A stretch of DNA of 64,000 nt from contig NC_087250.1 in assembly GCF_037042905.1 (NCBI RefSeq), positions 26,972,001-27,036,000 on the forward strand, in the 5' to 3' direction. The notes beneath the pieces were generated by a model. The model searched no databases and was not told the origin of the DNA. It worked only from the letters and a program-made list of their open reading frames with translations. The translations under genes were made by a program, and so were the position numbers. This DNA comes from Lytechinus pictus. Taxonomy: Eukaryota. This document shows positions 24,801-38,351 of the stretch, piece by piece (position 1 is the first letter of the stretch; each line of letters begins with the position of its first letter).

Positions 24801-26392
24801 TTACTTACCAGCTCTGTGGCAAATTGTCCATAGTCGGGACTATAGGGGAGACCGGGGTTAATTGGAACATTTTTGACAAAAATGGCTGTAAAATCAAAAC
24901 AGATTTTATTCGAGAAACAATATATATCAGCTTGAAGCATATATCTAAGGGCTTCAAATGTACCCCATAAAATATTCAACTCTATTATGGTTACTGAAAA
25001 AAATCCACCTTGAACAAGACTATCGCAAACGTTCCAACTTACCACAAAAAACACCTCAACCTCGCACAAAGTCGTGAAACTAATCAAAACATTATTTCTT
25101 CAGAAGAGGGGACTACTCGACGATCAGAGCTGAAACATTGATGGCTAATTTTTAGATTGAACACAATCTCCTGTCTGGAACTCAACTGTATTTAGCCTGT
25201 TAAAAGCAGTATGGCAGTGAGTCAAGCATCATGCATGAACTGGAACTCCACTGTAACTTTGTAAGCCTACATGTGTTTAGTCTGTTAAAAGCAGTGTGTG
25301 GTATGATTGATAAATCCTGACCATTTTTCTACACTTTACAATCGACAGTGCCTGCTGTAAGGTTCTATGGTTAGATATTTGTTTTTATTGCATCTTTTTA
25401 AGACATATAAATTTTATTCGCTTGTGCCGGTTTCATTTTTTTTCTGGTTTGATTTATGTGTTTTGTTAGAAATGGAATCACCTTACCAGAGAATGCACCA
25501 TGCAGGATTCTGAACCCCAAAGTTGAAAAATCTCCTTACTGTGGGAGAGGGACACCCCCTCTCCCCGGCTCGGTCGTTTCGCTTCGTTATATTTTACAAA
25601 ATACTTTTTTTTAAAATCAAAATACTGTTTTTTTCCTCTCAGAATACTGTTTTTGCTTTTTGGAGGTTGGCATCTCTGGTGTGAGTGCTACTAGACCATT
25701 TCCGCACAGCGATTTGGACACCGCTGATTGGTCAATCATGTCATGACTTCGTGGTCGCCAAAATAATTACTTTGGACCGCGTTCGGAAGTATCGATAGCG
25801 GTAATGATATCCGGTCACATTATATACACGGTTAAATGCTCTTGCTTGGTTCGTGATCGGATCACTCCAGTGTAGGCCTATTGATCGAAAATTATCAAGA
25901 CTCTGCAATTTATGTTGTGCATATTCATGCGACGCTCCGAAAGGCAATGGCTGGATGACGTCATGTAATAAGCGTTTTTGTTGTGAAAACGAGCGCGCAC
26001 GCTTCAACAGCACGCATTTCCCATTCAGTCGGCAGATGTGTTCGATGTTTGGGAGAGTGCCATATTAGGAAGAGTGTCAAATTTCCCGCCGTGGGGAACT
26101 CCCATGGTGGCCATTCCAGTTTTTCTTGTGATAGATCGAACATGTGCGATCTCGGCAGCGATATTTTCGGCGGAAATCACTTCCCCCTTACGAGATTGTC
26201 TGTCTTGAAGAGTCACTCTTGTAAAGAACAGAGATTTACTATCCTCATTTTACAGTCACCATGATCTCCAAAAGAGTGGAGGGATCACCTAAGAAAGAAA
26301 GAGAGAGAGAGAGATGTCATTGACAAAACATTTACAAGCAAAGTGTATCATTCATTATCATACTCTAGATAGATGACACAATATTATTTTAA

Positions 26393-26668
26393 CTCTTTGC
26401 CCGCCACTGACAGAATCCCTCCTGCGCCACATTTATTCCAAGTGCAACCTTTAGATGGGTTTAGCATGGACACTGCTAATTCAGCTCACTTAAGCTTTTG
26501 TTTGGTTTAGTGTAAAGAAAAGCTTTGCGATGCACTCATCACTAATATTGTGTATTTGTGTATGAACAATAGACTAAATGAACTCGGTTTGTATTGTAAA
26601 TAGAATGTGGCTTGAATCTAACTTGGCTGTCTGCTCTCTGTGACTAGTTGAACAATGCAGGCAAAGAG
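26393..26668. mobile_element. piggyBac-like MITE
   Basis: TTAA-CTCTTTGCC...GGCAAAGAG-TTAA, just upstream of the polypyrimidine tract of the first MTRF1L coding exon. Confidence 0.6.
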
Positions 26669-26760
26669 TTAATAATCTTTTTTTTATTCTTTCTTCCCAC
26701 CTTTCCTCAGAAGAAGGATGTGTATCGAAGATTTACTCGAAGGAGTATTGTTTGCAGACG

Positions 26761-27348
26761 ATGAATAGCATGATGCAAAGAACAACAAGACTTGTTTCAT
26801 CTTGTAGACTTCAACTACAGGTGTTTGCAGCATGTCACAGTCACTCGCATACAGCAAGGCATAGTGTGTTTCACTTTCCTAGTCTAAAAACACATGGAGG
26901 AGAGGCTAATGTTTTGCATAATGGCAGAGTTTTTAAACAGAATCTGTCAGCATTATCACAACGTAGATCAGAGTCAGACATTTGTAAACTCCAAAGAGCT
27001 CTTTGCAGGAATTTGAAACAAAGCTCGTCATTGCTATGTCAGATGAACCAAGTTAATTGCATATGTGTCGGTCCAAGGAGATTCAAGGATAGTAGACAGA
27101 TGTTGAATAGACCGGTACATCATCATTTCTCAACAATAGCTTCATATTCTGTACTGAATGTTTGCCGCAAGAGAAGATATAACCAGTCTGCAGTCACTAG
27201 TGCCTTCACATGTTGCAGAGTTCAAAGGTATGGATCCAGTGCTGTTGGAAATGAGACCGGTGATCCCCTCTCACCTAAGAGCCCACAGTTCAGATGCTAC
27301 ATGGATCATCTGAGAAATGAGCACCAGGCTATTTCAGAGAGACTACAG
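26761..27348 (+). CDS. MTRF1L: MTRF1L coding exon 1 (long presequence-like N-terminus)
   Basis: Acceptor ..TTTCCTCAG at 26710, ATG at 26761, donor CAG|GTAGTT. Basic, acid-poor sequence ending [17 protein letters not shown]. Confidence 0.75.
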
Positions 27349-30300
27349 GTAGTTGTTCCTGTTAAGAAAAAGAATTTTAATTCTTTGCTTTGCTAAATGA
27401 CCACATTTCTACAGAATGCATGAAAAATAAATTAAAAGCCTTGCTACGATATAATACATGTACATGTACTGCATGCCATGCACTTCTGTACATCACGCAA
27501 TATCTTCACAATTAACCAGAGAAAATATGTTACACTGTACATGTACATCAGATTTTAAACAGTTTAGTTTAAATGCCATTCTCTTTCCTTCAGTAGTATA
27601 TAGAGAGCAATCTAACATCTCATTAAATAATTGAATTTTATTGCAATGAAATTTATCAAAATACACTCGCAAGCAGTTTAAAGACGGAAATATGTGACTG
27701 TTTACAAACAGATCATAACAATAATATGGAGAAAACAAAGTAAATGTTCAAATACAATACACAAATTCATACAAAAAATTATTATAAATACATATACTGA
27801 AGGAACAGGAAATGAGACCAAAAGAGAAAAAGGAAAGAGGGAGGGGGGGGGGGCTTCATTTTTTTGTAACTTGCTATGATAACAAATCTGCACTGACAGT
27901 AAAAAGCTACTGAAATCCTTTAATCTGATTGGCTGATAGTAAAGTTTGTTATTACAACAAGTTTGAATGAAACGGGACCGTGACCCGTTTCATAAAGAGT
28001 TGTAATTATTATTGCAATATCCGTAGAAACCTTGATTGTGATTGGCTGCTGAGCCATGTTTAAATTCAAATTCAAATATATATTCAACACTTATAATAAA
28101 AACACATTATAATATTATAGAAGTAGAACATAAAGGGAGATGAATATAAGATATAGAATGACAAAACACAAGGTATAAACATAATGAGAGTCTCGGGGTT
28201 AGCAGAAAGGAGGAGATTCCTTTCATAATTGCTACCCCCAACAAAATCCTAAAATTGAAAGTGGTAGATGTACATGAAAAATACTACACATAAGAAACTA
28301 CACTGAGCCACCGGTAGTGGTAGAGTGCACGCCTCATGAACGGGAGGTCGTTCAATCCCCGATCGAGTCATACCAAAGACTTACAAAAAATGTGACCTTC
28401 TGCCTTCTTGTTAGGCGCAGAATTTAGATTGGAGAAGGGTAATAATAACATTATCATGTTATGTAGGGCCCACTGGTAGAGCAGTTTCCTAACTGAAGTG
28501 GCTACCCTGGGTAAATAAAACATTATTACTATTACTTATTATAGATATAAGATACAGCAGTTATATTTTCCCTTTTATTGTTTTGTTTGTTTTAATAGGG
28601 CGGGGAGCCGTTGTCAGACTCTAAACAGAAGGAGCTCAGGGGATCCATGATGGAGCTTGGTGAGATCCTTGAGAAATGGACCGAGCTGATTTCAATGGAA
28701 GAAGAGAACAATGAAATTCAGCATCTTATCCAAGGTAAGTAGTGGTCATGATTTAAATGTGATTTTAGAAAAATATGAAAAATAAGGATAAATTTGTGAT
28801 ATCAGCTGGCATTCTGATAGCTAAAACTAACAGTGATTTTAGTCAATGCTTCTGTGGAATGCAAGTGTTCATATCCTCCTGCAGTACACGTATCCATGAC
28901 AGCTTATTTCCAATCGTCAAATTGCAAACTCGTCTACTATCGTTTGGTCTACCATCAGTTAGTCCACTCACCAAATGGTCTACTTTCATTTTAATAGTCT
29001 AATGCCATTCTGTCTAATAACCAGTTGGTCCAATAGCCATATACCATTTGGTCTAATTGGACTAAGTGTTAAATTGTGCAAAGTGAATGAAAGTAATATG
29101 GATACTAGACCAACTGGTTATGAGACGAAATGGTCATAGATGAAATGGTGATTAGGTGAAGTGATGATTGGACTATTTTTGTTTAATGGACCAAATGGTT
29201 GTTTGACGAAATGTTGATGGATGGAATGGCATTAGACTAAATGAAAGACCATGTGGTGAGTGGACGAGTTGGCAAATACCATAAAAGTAACTTTTATGCA
29301 ATGGGGCACTGCTGTTCTTTGCGACCATTTTCTCCTGACTGATTGGAAGTTTCAATAGGGCCGTCTGCACCAGCCCGAGTTTTCAAATTAGTGCGCGATT
29401 TCTGATCCGGTAAATTATCCCGATCTGAAAAATCTCGAAATTATTTGTAATGGAGACGCAATCTCGCTGGATTAATCTCGATATTGCAATCCCAAGTCAA
29501 CTTTGGATTATTTGCAAAATAGTGCGCTATTTTCCGAATTATCCCGCTAATTTGCCGGTGCAGACGCACTCGGGATTATTTATTCATGGCGTCATACCAT
29601 AATGAGTCGATGCCTCGCTCGAGCAAGAATCGCTCTTCTTGGGATAGTGGACACGGGGTTTCTTGAATCTCAAGATTAATCACGAAGAGGGCCGATTGGG
29701 CTAAAATCTTGAGATTAAGGAAACTCTGGCTTGTGCAGCACCGCCTATTGAGATTGCATTATATGCACATCTCATGCTTGAGTGAACCTTGAGTTTATTC
29801 TGTTAATCATTAGATGGTCATGATAAAGAGATGCAGGATCTAGCTCTGTCTGAGAAGGATCAACTTCAGGATAGGATTGAAGATGTATCACAAGAGGTAA
29901 GACCAAGAAAATCTCAATAGGCTCATTTTTATCTTAGCCATTGTTTTTATGATGAGCTATTTTAAAAGAAGTGATGTTTATTTCTGGCTGCTCTTAAACC
30001 ATTCATTACGTAATGAATAATTATGTAAAGTTCAAAATTGCCTTCTATTGAGTTGTAAAGCAGTTCTTTAACTGAATTGAATTACCCTCCATTTTTTTTA
30101 CTGATTGTTCAATAAAACGTGAAATAAGTAAATATTTTCCTTTGTTTCGAAGTGAAATTATTGACATGAATTTATATGGGATGAAAATAGTCCATTAGGA
30201 TAATTTTTCAGCAATTCCTATTGTGGATTATGGTCAAACATACTTTTTGCTTTGATACAATATAAATTTTCATGATATAATTCTGACCTGATTTGGCAGA

Positions 30301-33300
30301 TGCTAATTATCATTTTATGTAATTATTCTTATTGTCATACAACTCAAATGCTGTTTCAAGGGAGAGGGCCAACAGTACGCAAGGCATTGGAGTGAAGGGT
30401 TTGCACCACAGACGTGGGCCAGTTTCATAAAGAGTTACAAGTGTTGTAACTTTGCCATTATGGCAACTACTATGGTTACCTTGACTTTGATTTGCTGCTG
30501 AGCTATGTTATCATGGTAGTTGCCATTATGGTAAAGTTACAACAGTTGTAACTCTTTATGAAACAGGCCCTAGCATTTAATCTTGTCTGATCCATTAAAA
30601 GTGAAAAAAGTGCCCTAGATGCTGTAACGCAAATCTTTCAATTGAACTTGGACCGACTTTCATGCTCTATTGCATATATGTTGTGATCATTATAACAGCA
30701 ATCAAGCCAGCAAATCTATTGTATACTCTGCGCTATGCCATTTGCTCTGATGAGAATGGCTCTGCTCTAAATTCCACATACTAATCGATTGACCATCTTC
30801 AACCCTAAGTTTAACACTATACCCTAACCCTAACATACATGTATAACCCCATTGCAACCATAACCCTACATCTGAGATAAAATTAATCCCGGAGCAATTG
30901 TCGCAGGAGCAAATGTCGTGTCACTGCATAATCAAGCCATAAATAAGATCATGAGCATTTGACCAGCGATCAAGCTAGCAAATCTGGGCTCCGTTGCATA
31001 AAAGTTTGTAGTGTTGTTGAAATAACATAAGAGCCAATGTAGACAACATATATAATGAGATTCAGTCTTGACTCTCTGAGTCCAGTTTAATGTCTGATTC
31101 AATGTTGTACATTTAGGTGTGGCTTCACTCAAGCACGATAGTGCAATTCAATAGCTCAAATTAAACATGTAAGATTACAATGTATGCAGTAAATAACCAG
31201 GTGGTGACCTGAATATCTTAACTGTTCATGCACAACATTACTTTGAATAAATTATAGTTGCATCAATAATTGTATACACAACATTGTTACCATCCAATGG
31301 TAAATTGCAGGTAATCCTTGATTTTGATTGGCTGTTGGTCGTTGTTACCATGGTAGTTACCATTGGATGACAAAGATATCATAATACTTTTTATGCAACG
31401 GGGCCCCAGTGTATGATCAAACTATAAGGTTTGTGTGACAGTCCATTCCATCTCATTTCTTTTGTCTTTCCTCTATAGTTGGTTGACCTTCTAATGTCAT
31501 CCGAAGAGACTGATGATAATGATGTCATAATGGAGTTTTCAGCAGGTGTGGGAGGTCAAGAAGCTATGCTGTTTGCCTCTGATATGTTTGACATGTATCA
31601 ACGATATGCATATTACAGACGTTGGTCCTTTACAATCCTCGAGTACTTTACCTCAGATATAGGTTAGTAAAAGTTGTATTGTTTGGAACTGGAAAAATGT
31701 TGATGAAACGCTCCCCTGTGATAAAGGAGTCTTTGTTATGTATGAGTAGCATGATCATCATGGTATGTTATTTTGTTGACTCTGAGACGATAGCTCTTTT
31801 CTGTCCTTGATATTTTCCTCGGGTATCATATTGCAAAGCGTGTTCAAATCTTTCAAAACCAATTGACTGATTGCAAACTAAATCGCTAAATGGACTGACT
31901 AATCAAGACCAATGTTACATGCGCATTTTGTTCAACATACTAACCAGGAACCAATCAGAAGTGTTCTTTTATATTTACAGGTACTTCTTTTTCTTTTGAT
32001 CCCCTTTCCTTTCTCCATTTATCTCTTGATCCTGGCAATATGCAAGAATGTACGAATGTAGTCTTGGAAGTTTTAATTATACCTAAGATCAATGGTATAC
32101 AGTATACAGGATATGTTTAAACATTGTACCGTAAAGAGTAATTTACAATGAAATGTATACTTGTTTTTGTAGTTGTGTAATTCCCATTCATTTCAGTTTG
32201 TTAACTAATGTGGAGAATTTAAATTAATACCATTTATCGACATGTATCTATCTATTCATCTATCAATGCCTGATCTTTTCAAATCAGTTTATCTGGATAA
32301 AACAGTTTCTATTACCGAAGAGACCACCCTGTCTAAAAAAATAGATAAATCAGTTACTTCAATTTTTTTCCTAGGTGGATTAAGGCATGCTACCGTTAGT
32401 ATCACTGGTGATCAAGCTTATCGTCTTCTAAGACAGGAGGCCGGCGTCCATCGTGTTCAGAGGGTACCAAAGACAGAGAGACAAGGGCGTATACATACAA
32501 GCACCATGTCAATAGCGGTACTTCCACAACCTAAAGAGGTATAAACCAAGGGCGTATACATACTATTTCCATGTCTGTAGCGGTACTACCACGACATAAA
32601 GAGGTACAAAAACAAGGGCGTATATAAACAAGTACCATGTCAATAGCGGTACTACCACAACCCAAATAGGTATAAACCAAAGGCGTATACATACATGTAC
32701 TAGTACCATGTCAGTAGCGGTACTACCACAACCCAAAGAGGTATAAACCAAAGGCGTAAACATACAAGTACCATGTCAATAGCGGTACTACCACAACCTA
32801 AAGAGATATAAACCAAAGGCGTATACATACTAGTACCATGTCAATAGCGGTACTACCACAACCTAAAGAGATATAAACCAAGGGCGTATACATACTAGTA
32901 CCATGTCTATAGCGGTACTACCACAACCCAAATAGGTATAAACCAAAGGCGTAAACATACAAGTACCATGTCAATAGCGGTACTACCACAACCCAAAGAG
33001 ATATAAACCAAGGGCGTATACATACTATTACCATGTCAATAGCGGTACTACCACAACCCAAATAGGTATAAACCAAAGGCGTGTACATACTATTACCATG
33101 TCAATAGCGGTACTACCACAACCCAAAGAGGTATAAACCAAAGGCGTATACATACAAGCACCATGTCTATAGCGGTACTACCACAACCCAAAGAGGTAAA
33201 AAACCAAGGGTGTATTTATACTAGTATTATATCTATAGCATTACTGCCAAAATCTAAGGAGATGCAACCTAACAAGCACCATGTCTATAGTGGTACTACC

Positions 33301-34350
33301 ACAGCCTAAACAGGTGCAACTTTCCACAAACAAAAAATATTTGAGAATGTTGGTAAAATAGCTTCAAAATGTTTTGAAAACTTTTTAGAACACTCTGAAA
33401 TCATTTTGTGTTTGCTTAATACCCACCTCACTATTGTTTGTCTTATTGGTTAAAAGATTTAGTTATATTGCATTTGAAGCTGTAGCACTCTCTAGTAAAA
33501 CAAATCTTCATGAAATTCTAGGAAGTATTGTGGCATCACTGTCATAGCATTAGTTTGCCTCTCCCCTTGTTAGCTACAGTATATATCTGTGCAGCTTAGA
33601 ATAGTTATTGGCTAATTCTATGAAGTATAAAATACCAGCCATGACTTGAAAATAAAACTAAAACTCTAATACCTTGGTCACATTTGCTCTACGGCAGCCA
33701 TACGGCAAGTAAAGAATAGCCTTTTTAACATTTGTTTTTTACCAGCTACATAGGTGGTGTGAATAAAAATGAATAAAACGGCTGTTTTCGACTCGCCGTA
33801 CGGCTGCCGTAGAGCAAATCTGACTGAGGTACTAGTATTAGTTTCATATTCCTGTTGCATGGCCTGAATATACATAAAATGGATGTTTGGATTACTATAA
33901 ATAATAAACTGTTCTAATTTCTGTTTTGGGCGTAAAATTTTGTATTCCTTTCATTCTGAATTTTTACTCTTTTTACTTAGATTGATCTGAAACTGGACCC
34001 TAAAGATCTGAGGATTGAAACAAAGAAAGCTAGCGGAGCAGGAGGTCAGCATGTGAATACAACGGACAGTGCTGTTAGAATCACTCATGTACCAACAGGT
34101 ATTATATATCTACAGAGATGCCAACCTAAAGGGATGGTTGTCAGGAATATTTACCATATTTGTCAGGAACAAATGGGAGTTTCTCAGGAACATCCCGCGA
34201 AGTAGCATCGTTTATACAGGGATGCCACTAGGTGTCCTCCAAAAATACTGAAACTCATCGCGGGCCGGGACAGTGTCCAAGAAAAAAAAAATTAGGGGGG
34301 TCCACCTTTAATTTTGGGATGGACACATGTAACAGGTAAAAAATTGGACA

Positions 34351-34392
<42 letters not shown>

Positions 34393-37300
34393 GGAGGGGG
34401 GGGGTCTGCCCCCACCTCAAATTTAGGGGAGGGGGGGGGGGGGAGGACCAAGTGGCTTCTTACCTTGTTGTGATCGATGACTTTGAAGTCAATTAGGTTT
34501 GAAAAACTGACGGTAGTTAGTTGTGTGTTTCTCATAGAACGCTAGACCAAAAGCTTCAGTCTCTGTATTTTGGTTGTTCAGCTGAACCGCGTTGGCTCCA
34601 CTCACCAATACATAGACTGAAGAGTTGTTGGCCCGTACATTAAGACAACGTATCAGCTAGCTGATACGTACGTAACCCAAGGAGCTCCGGCCCGCTTTTC
34701 GGGCCGGAGCTCCCTGAGTTCCGTATCAGCATGCAGCAGTAACGTTAGATCTAACATTCGGCGGAAACCCGATTTTCGGATCGTTTTTGGTACATCAAAT
34801 GTCACATTATGAAAAAATAATTACATCCAAACTTACGAGAAAATATATAAAATTCAGAAACATCGTACCTTAGACCGCAGTTACCGCTAATTCCTTTCAA
34901 ATGATGATCAAAACTTAGTCATCCTCGAATCCTTCGTTGGTCATCGTAAGTTGCCATCTTGGATGACGTCATCATCTTTACAGTCGTATTTACCAGTCGC
35001 TATTATACCGCGATTCGTGCCGCTGATTTGTGCTTGTCTATGTGCGTGCGTTCGGAACTTGTCGCTCGCATTGATTGGCCAGGATATCGATAATTCTAAT
35101 CAGAAAGCCTTGATAAAAGCATAACTCAATGAACGTAGTAGGCAGTGCGCGCGTTTATAAATTATAGTAGAGAAACTCCCGTTGGTTTACCGTTGGCCAC
35201 ACACACGCTGTATGCACGATACATGTATACACAATACACGCATATATTCATGCACAATACACAATACACGGATATATACACATGCACAGCAAAGCAATAC
35301 ACAATACACATGTATTGTAATTGTTTTTTCCGTAACCTTTTTATTGTTGCCGTAACACCGTAATTGGAGGAATAAAATCGGAACAAATACGGCGAATCCG
35401 GAACGCTTGGCATCTCTGTATCTACTACAGACAGGTATTATACATGTATATACATGTGGGGGTTTTCTGCCCTAAGACTACGGTGCGTCCCAAAAAAAAC
35501 TATACACTTTTGAAATAGCTGCCAAATAAAAAGTATATAACTTTGGGGGAAATACTTATATATATGGAAAGCCAATAAAGTCATCTTTCAAATGACATCA
35601 AAATGTTGGAAAACTATTCATGCTTGAGTGAGCACTAGCCACTTAAACAAAGGGTATGAAAATTAGGGTGGGCAGGAATTAGCCTCTCGGTTTCTTTCAG
35701 TTTTTGAGAGGCGAGTCCCTTGGAACTTGCAAACTTGAGGGTGTTGGGATGAATTAATGGTCATTCATTATCAATTTAAATTGTTAGAGAAAATTTCATG
35801 AATTATCAAATTGAAATTCCATGCATGAGTGAGCGTGAATTGCAAATCTTTAGTGCAGCATTTTAACTTTACAATGTGGGTCTCAGCAGTGTGTTTATTG
35901 GAGTCCGGAGAATGGGGGTAAGAAACGACTTCAATGGGTGAAGTAAGCTGATGCGAAAAGGGTCAACAGAACGTTTAGCCTCCCTCCTACAGGTCCGTCC
36001 CACCCCTCCTGTTGAGATGGAAGCTGATTGCTATTACATGTACGCATTAAGTGCAGAGTGGACTGTAAATTTGATAATAAATTCTGAAAATTAGGTCATC
36101 AACTTTTACCTATCAATCATTTAATCAACAATCTGTTAGTAAATCAACTCAGTCAATGTGATCAATCAAATATTCATCTTTTTCAATTAATTATCATTCA
36201 AACATTCAGCTTTTTCAATAAATCTTTTCATAAATCATCATCATTAGTCAAGTTCTTAATAATCATTCAATGGAAAAGAAAGACCCATCAACCATAAGTC
36301 ACTTGGCATTTAAGTTTTAAATACCATCCAGGAGAAAGAAAGGGGGTGGAGGGCGGGCGTGAGTAAGAGAACACAAAGAAGAATGCCCCTTTAACCCAGT
36401 CTTACCCTCTCTCATCCCCTTGCATGTAACAGGTACCATCACATTACTCTGACTCTCACAAGCACACTTGCTAAGATCCACATAATAAACTAAAAATGCT
36501 ACACTAAAATTACAATTCCTGTTTACTCATGCATTACATTTCAATTTAGTAACTCATTAAATTTGCTTAAGAAACCAAAACTGATCTCAATTCATCAGTA
36601 ATTTAGCATAACACCCTTAACTTTGCAAGTTCCAAAGGACTCACCTCTAAAAAAACTGGAAGGCTAATTCCTGCTTACCCTAGCAAATGCTAGCCTCTTA
36701 GGAGGGGTGAAAGGGGTAGAGAGGGGGGGGGGGGGTTAAGTGTTCTGTTGACCCATATCCCGTCAACCTACTTCCCCCACCTAAGACCCATCCCTATTCT
36801 GACTTCCATGAACACATTGCTGAGATCCACTTGAAAAAGTGAAAAATTGTATTTCATGTTCACTCATGCATTAAATTTCAATTTAATAATTCTTGAAATT
36901 TGCTCTAAAAAGTAAAAACCTAAATTAATAATTCTTGATCATTGATTCATCAAAACACCCTCAACATGAACGGTTACCCTATCCAAAAAACATGTTCATA
37001 TCACACCCATTCTGAAATCTCTACATTGGTTAATGGTCAACGATCGCATCATCTTCAAAATCCTTCTTCTTGCATTCCATGCAATTAACGGCTCTGCTCC
37101 ACAGTACAATTTCAATCTAATCAGCAAATACACTCCTGTCAGGTCCCTACGTTCATCTAACTCTGGTTCCCTAGTTATTCCCAAATCCGTTAAGACATGG
37201 GGGTTCGGGCTTTTGCTCACGCTGGCCCTGTTCTCTGGAATGATCTTCCCCTGGTAATCCGAGAATGCACTTCTATTGACACATTTAAACGTTACCTTAA

Positions 37301-38351
37301 GACTCGTCTATTCAATGATTCTTACTCTTAATTGTTCCTGAATCTATTACTATTATATTTGTACTTTTTCTCTTTCTTTCTTTCACTGCGCCTTGTGCAC
37401 TCTGCCGAGTGGATTCGGCGCATTACAAATCACATATATTATTATTATTATAAAAGAAAGGTCTGATGAAACACATGACCACCATCCCATGTTATCAATA
37501 TTTTTTTAACGATACAGTCCTTTATATCAAACATTAGAAGTTATCTTTATGAATCTTGAATATTTGGTGCATTATACATTATTTTGTCTCGGGTTTGTCA
37601 GGTTTGCTTTTTTTTTGTTCAATGCTATGTTAATTATTGTTTTGCATCTTATGTCTTGTTTTAATTTTCAATCTTACTTCTTTTTAAGTTATTTTTTTTT
37701 TAGGATCAAATGGAAGGACAGGTATATTTTGTAAATATCACTGAAATGGGCTACCCTTCATTGAAAAAATTGTTTTGATTTTCACTTATTTTATTTGTGA
37801 TTTTAATATGGAAAGTAAAAAAACCAAACAAACAATCAAAAACTAGGTGAGAGAAGTAGATGTGAACAATTGAGCATATAAGCAATCAAATTCAAGTTGC
37901 AGCATCTTCAACAAGTCTTTGACAAAAGATATATATTTTACTTCTTTCTTATGCCTATTTAGTTCAATTTTGTTTTGATCTTGAATAAGGTATCTCGGCT
38001 GAAAGTCAACAAGAGCGTTCCCAACACAAGAATCGTTCGATTGCCATGACGATGCTACAGACTCGAATCTACAACCGGATCCTTGAAGACCAGACCAATT
38101 CTGAAAGATCGATGCGTCGTTCACAGGTGGGCACAAGAGGGCGCTCTGAAAAGATTCGTACTTATAATTACCAGCAAGATAGGATCACGGACCATCGGAT
38201 CAGTCGTAGTATCCATGGAGTAATGGAGTATCTACTAGGATCTGAACACTTAGATGAAATGATGGTTAGTTGTATGGAAGGCGAGGAGTGTCAGAATATA
38301 CAAGAAAGAATCCTAGAAGTTTATGATATGAGCAAAGAGAACTCAAGATAG
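26761..38351 (+). CDS. MTRF1L: Mitochondrial peptide chain release factor 1-like (mtRF1a), 7 coding exons, ~544 aa
   Basis: Exons 26761-27348, 28599-28734, 29814-29896, 31479-31662, 32375-32538, 33981-34098 and 37990-38351 all have GT-AG boundaries and consistent phases (1635 nt). RF1 motifs: [32 protein letters not shown] (PxT), [46 protein letters not shown]. The start Met is uncertain. Confidence 0.92.
28305..28540 (+). mobile_element. tRNA-derived SINE
   Basis: A-box-like GGTAGTGGTAGAG and B-box-like GTTCAATCCCC, a GAGTCATACCAAAGAC core, and an AATAAAAC(ATT)n tail. Confidence 0.65.
28599..28734 (+). CDS. MTRF1L: MTRF1L coding exon 2
   Basis: [23 protein letters not shown]...IQHLIQ|GTAAGT, phase 0 to 1. 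Confidence 0.85.
29357..29747. mobile_element. Harbinger-like MITE
   Basis: Degenerate TIRs AGGGCCGTCTGCACCAGCCCGAGTTT / AAACTCTGGCTTGTGCAGCACCGCCT. Confidence 0.55.
29814..29896 (+). CDS. MTRF1L: MTRF1L coding exon 3
   Basis: [37 protein letters not shown], phase 1 to 0. Matches the RF1 D.EM..LA..E helix. Confidence 0.85.
30416..30570. mobile_element. Palindromic MITE (GGGCC.GTTTCATAAAG family); related partial copies near 27880-28040, 31270-31410 and 42666-42810
   Basis: GGGCCAGTTTCATAAAGAGTTACAA...TTGTAACTCTTTATGAAACAGGCCC fold-back. Confidence 0.75.
31479..31662 (+). CDS. MTRF1L: MTRF1L coding exon 4
   Basis: [42 protein letters not shown]..|GTTAGT. Confidence 0.92.
32375..32538 (+). 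CDS. MTRF1L: MTRF1L coding exon 5 (PxT motif)
   Basis: [57 protein letters not shown]. Confidence 0.92.
32482..33320 (+). repeat. 65-bp minisatellite derived from the 3' end of MTRF1L exon 5 plus its splice donor (~12 copies plus a partial copy)
   Basis: Units start at 32482, 32547, 32613, 32678, 32749, 32814, 32879, 32944, 33009, 33074, 33139 and 33205; a partial copy starts at ~33273. Confidence 0.95.
33981..34098 (+). CDS. MTRF1L: MTRF1L coding exon 6 (catalytic GGQ)
   Basis: [50 protein letters not shown]. Confidence 0.93.
36965..37450 (+). mobile_element. 3' fragment of an L2/CR1-group LINE
   Basis: [36 protein letters not shown] matches the L2-group ORF2 C-terminus. Stem-loop tail GCGCC..GGCGC followed by (ATT)n. 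Confidence 0.85.
37990..38351 (+). CDS. MTRF1L: MTRF1L terminal coding exon
   Basis: [50 protein letters not shown]. Confidence 0.9.

Noticed and set aside
23200..26270. MTRF1L promoter / first non-coding exon (donor GTAAGT at 23417; CpG-richer 25690-26200 with CCAAT and TGACGTCA)
   Set aside because: Plausible, but not distinguishable from TE-internal sequence without transcript data.
28305..28375. tRNA gene (also ~47045-47115)
   Set aside because: No complete cloverleaf; followed by a SINE body and an AT-rich tail.
32482..33320. CRISPR-like array
   Set aside because: The units are contiguous with no unique spacers and derive from an exon. The context is eukaryotic and there are no cas genes.
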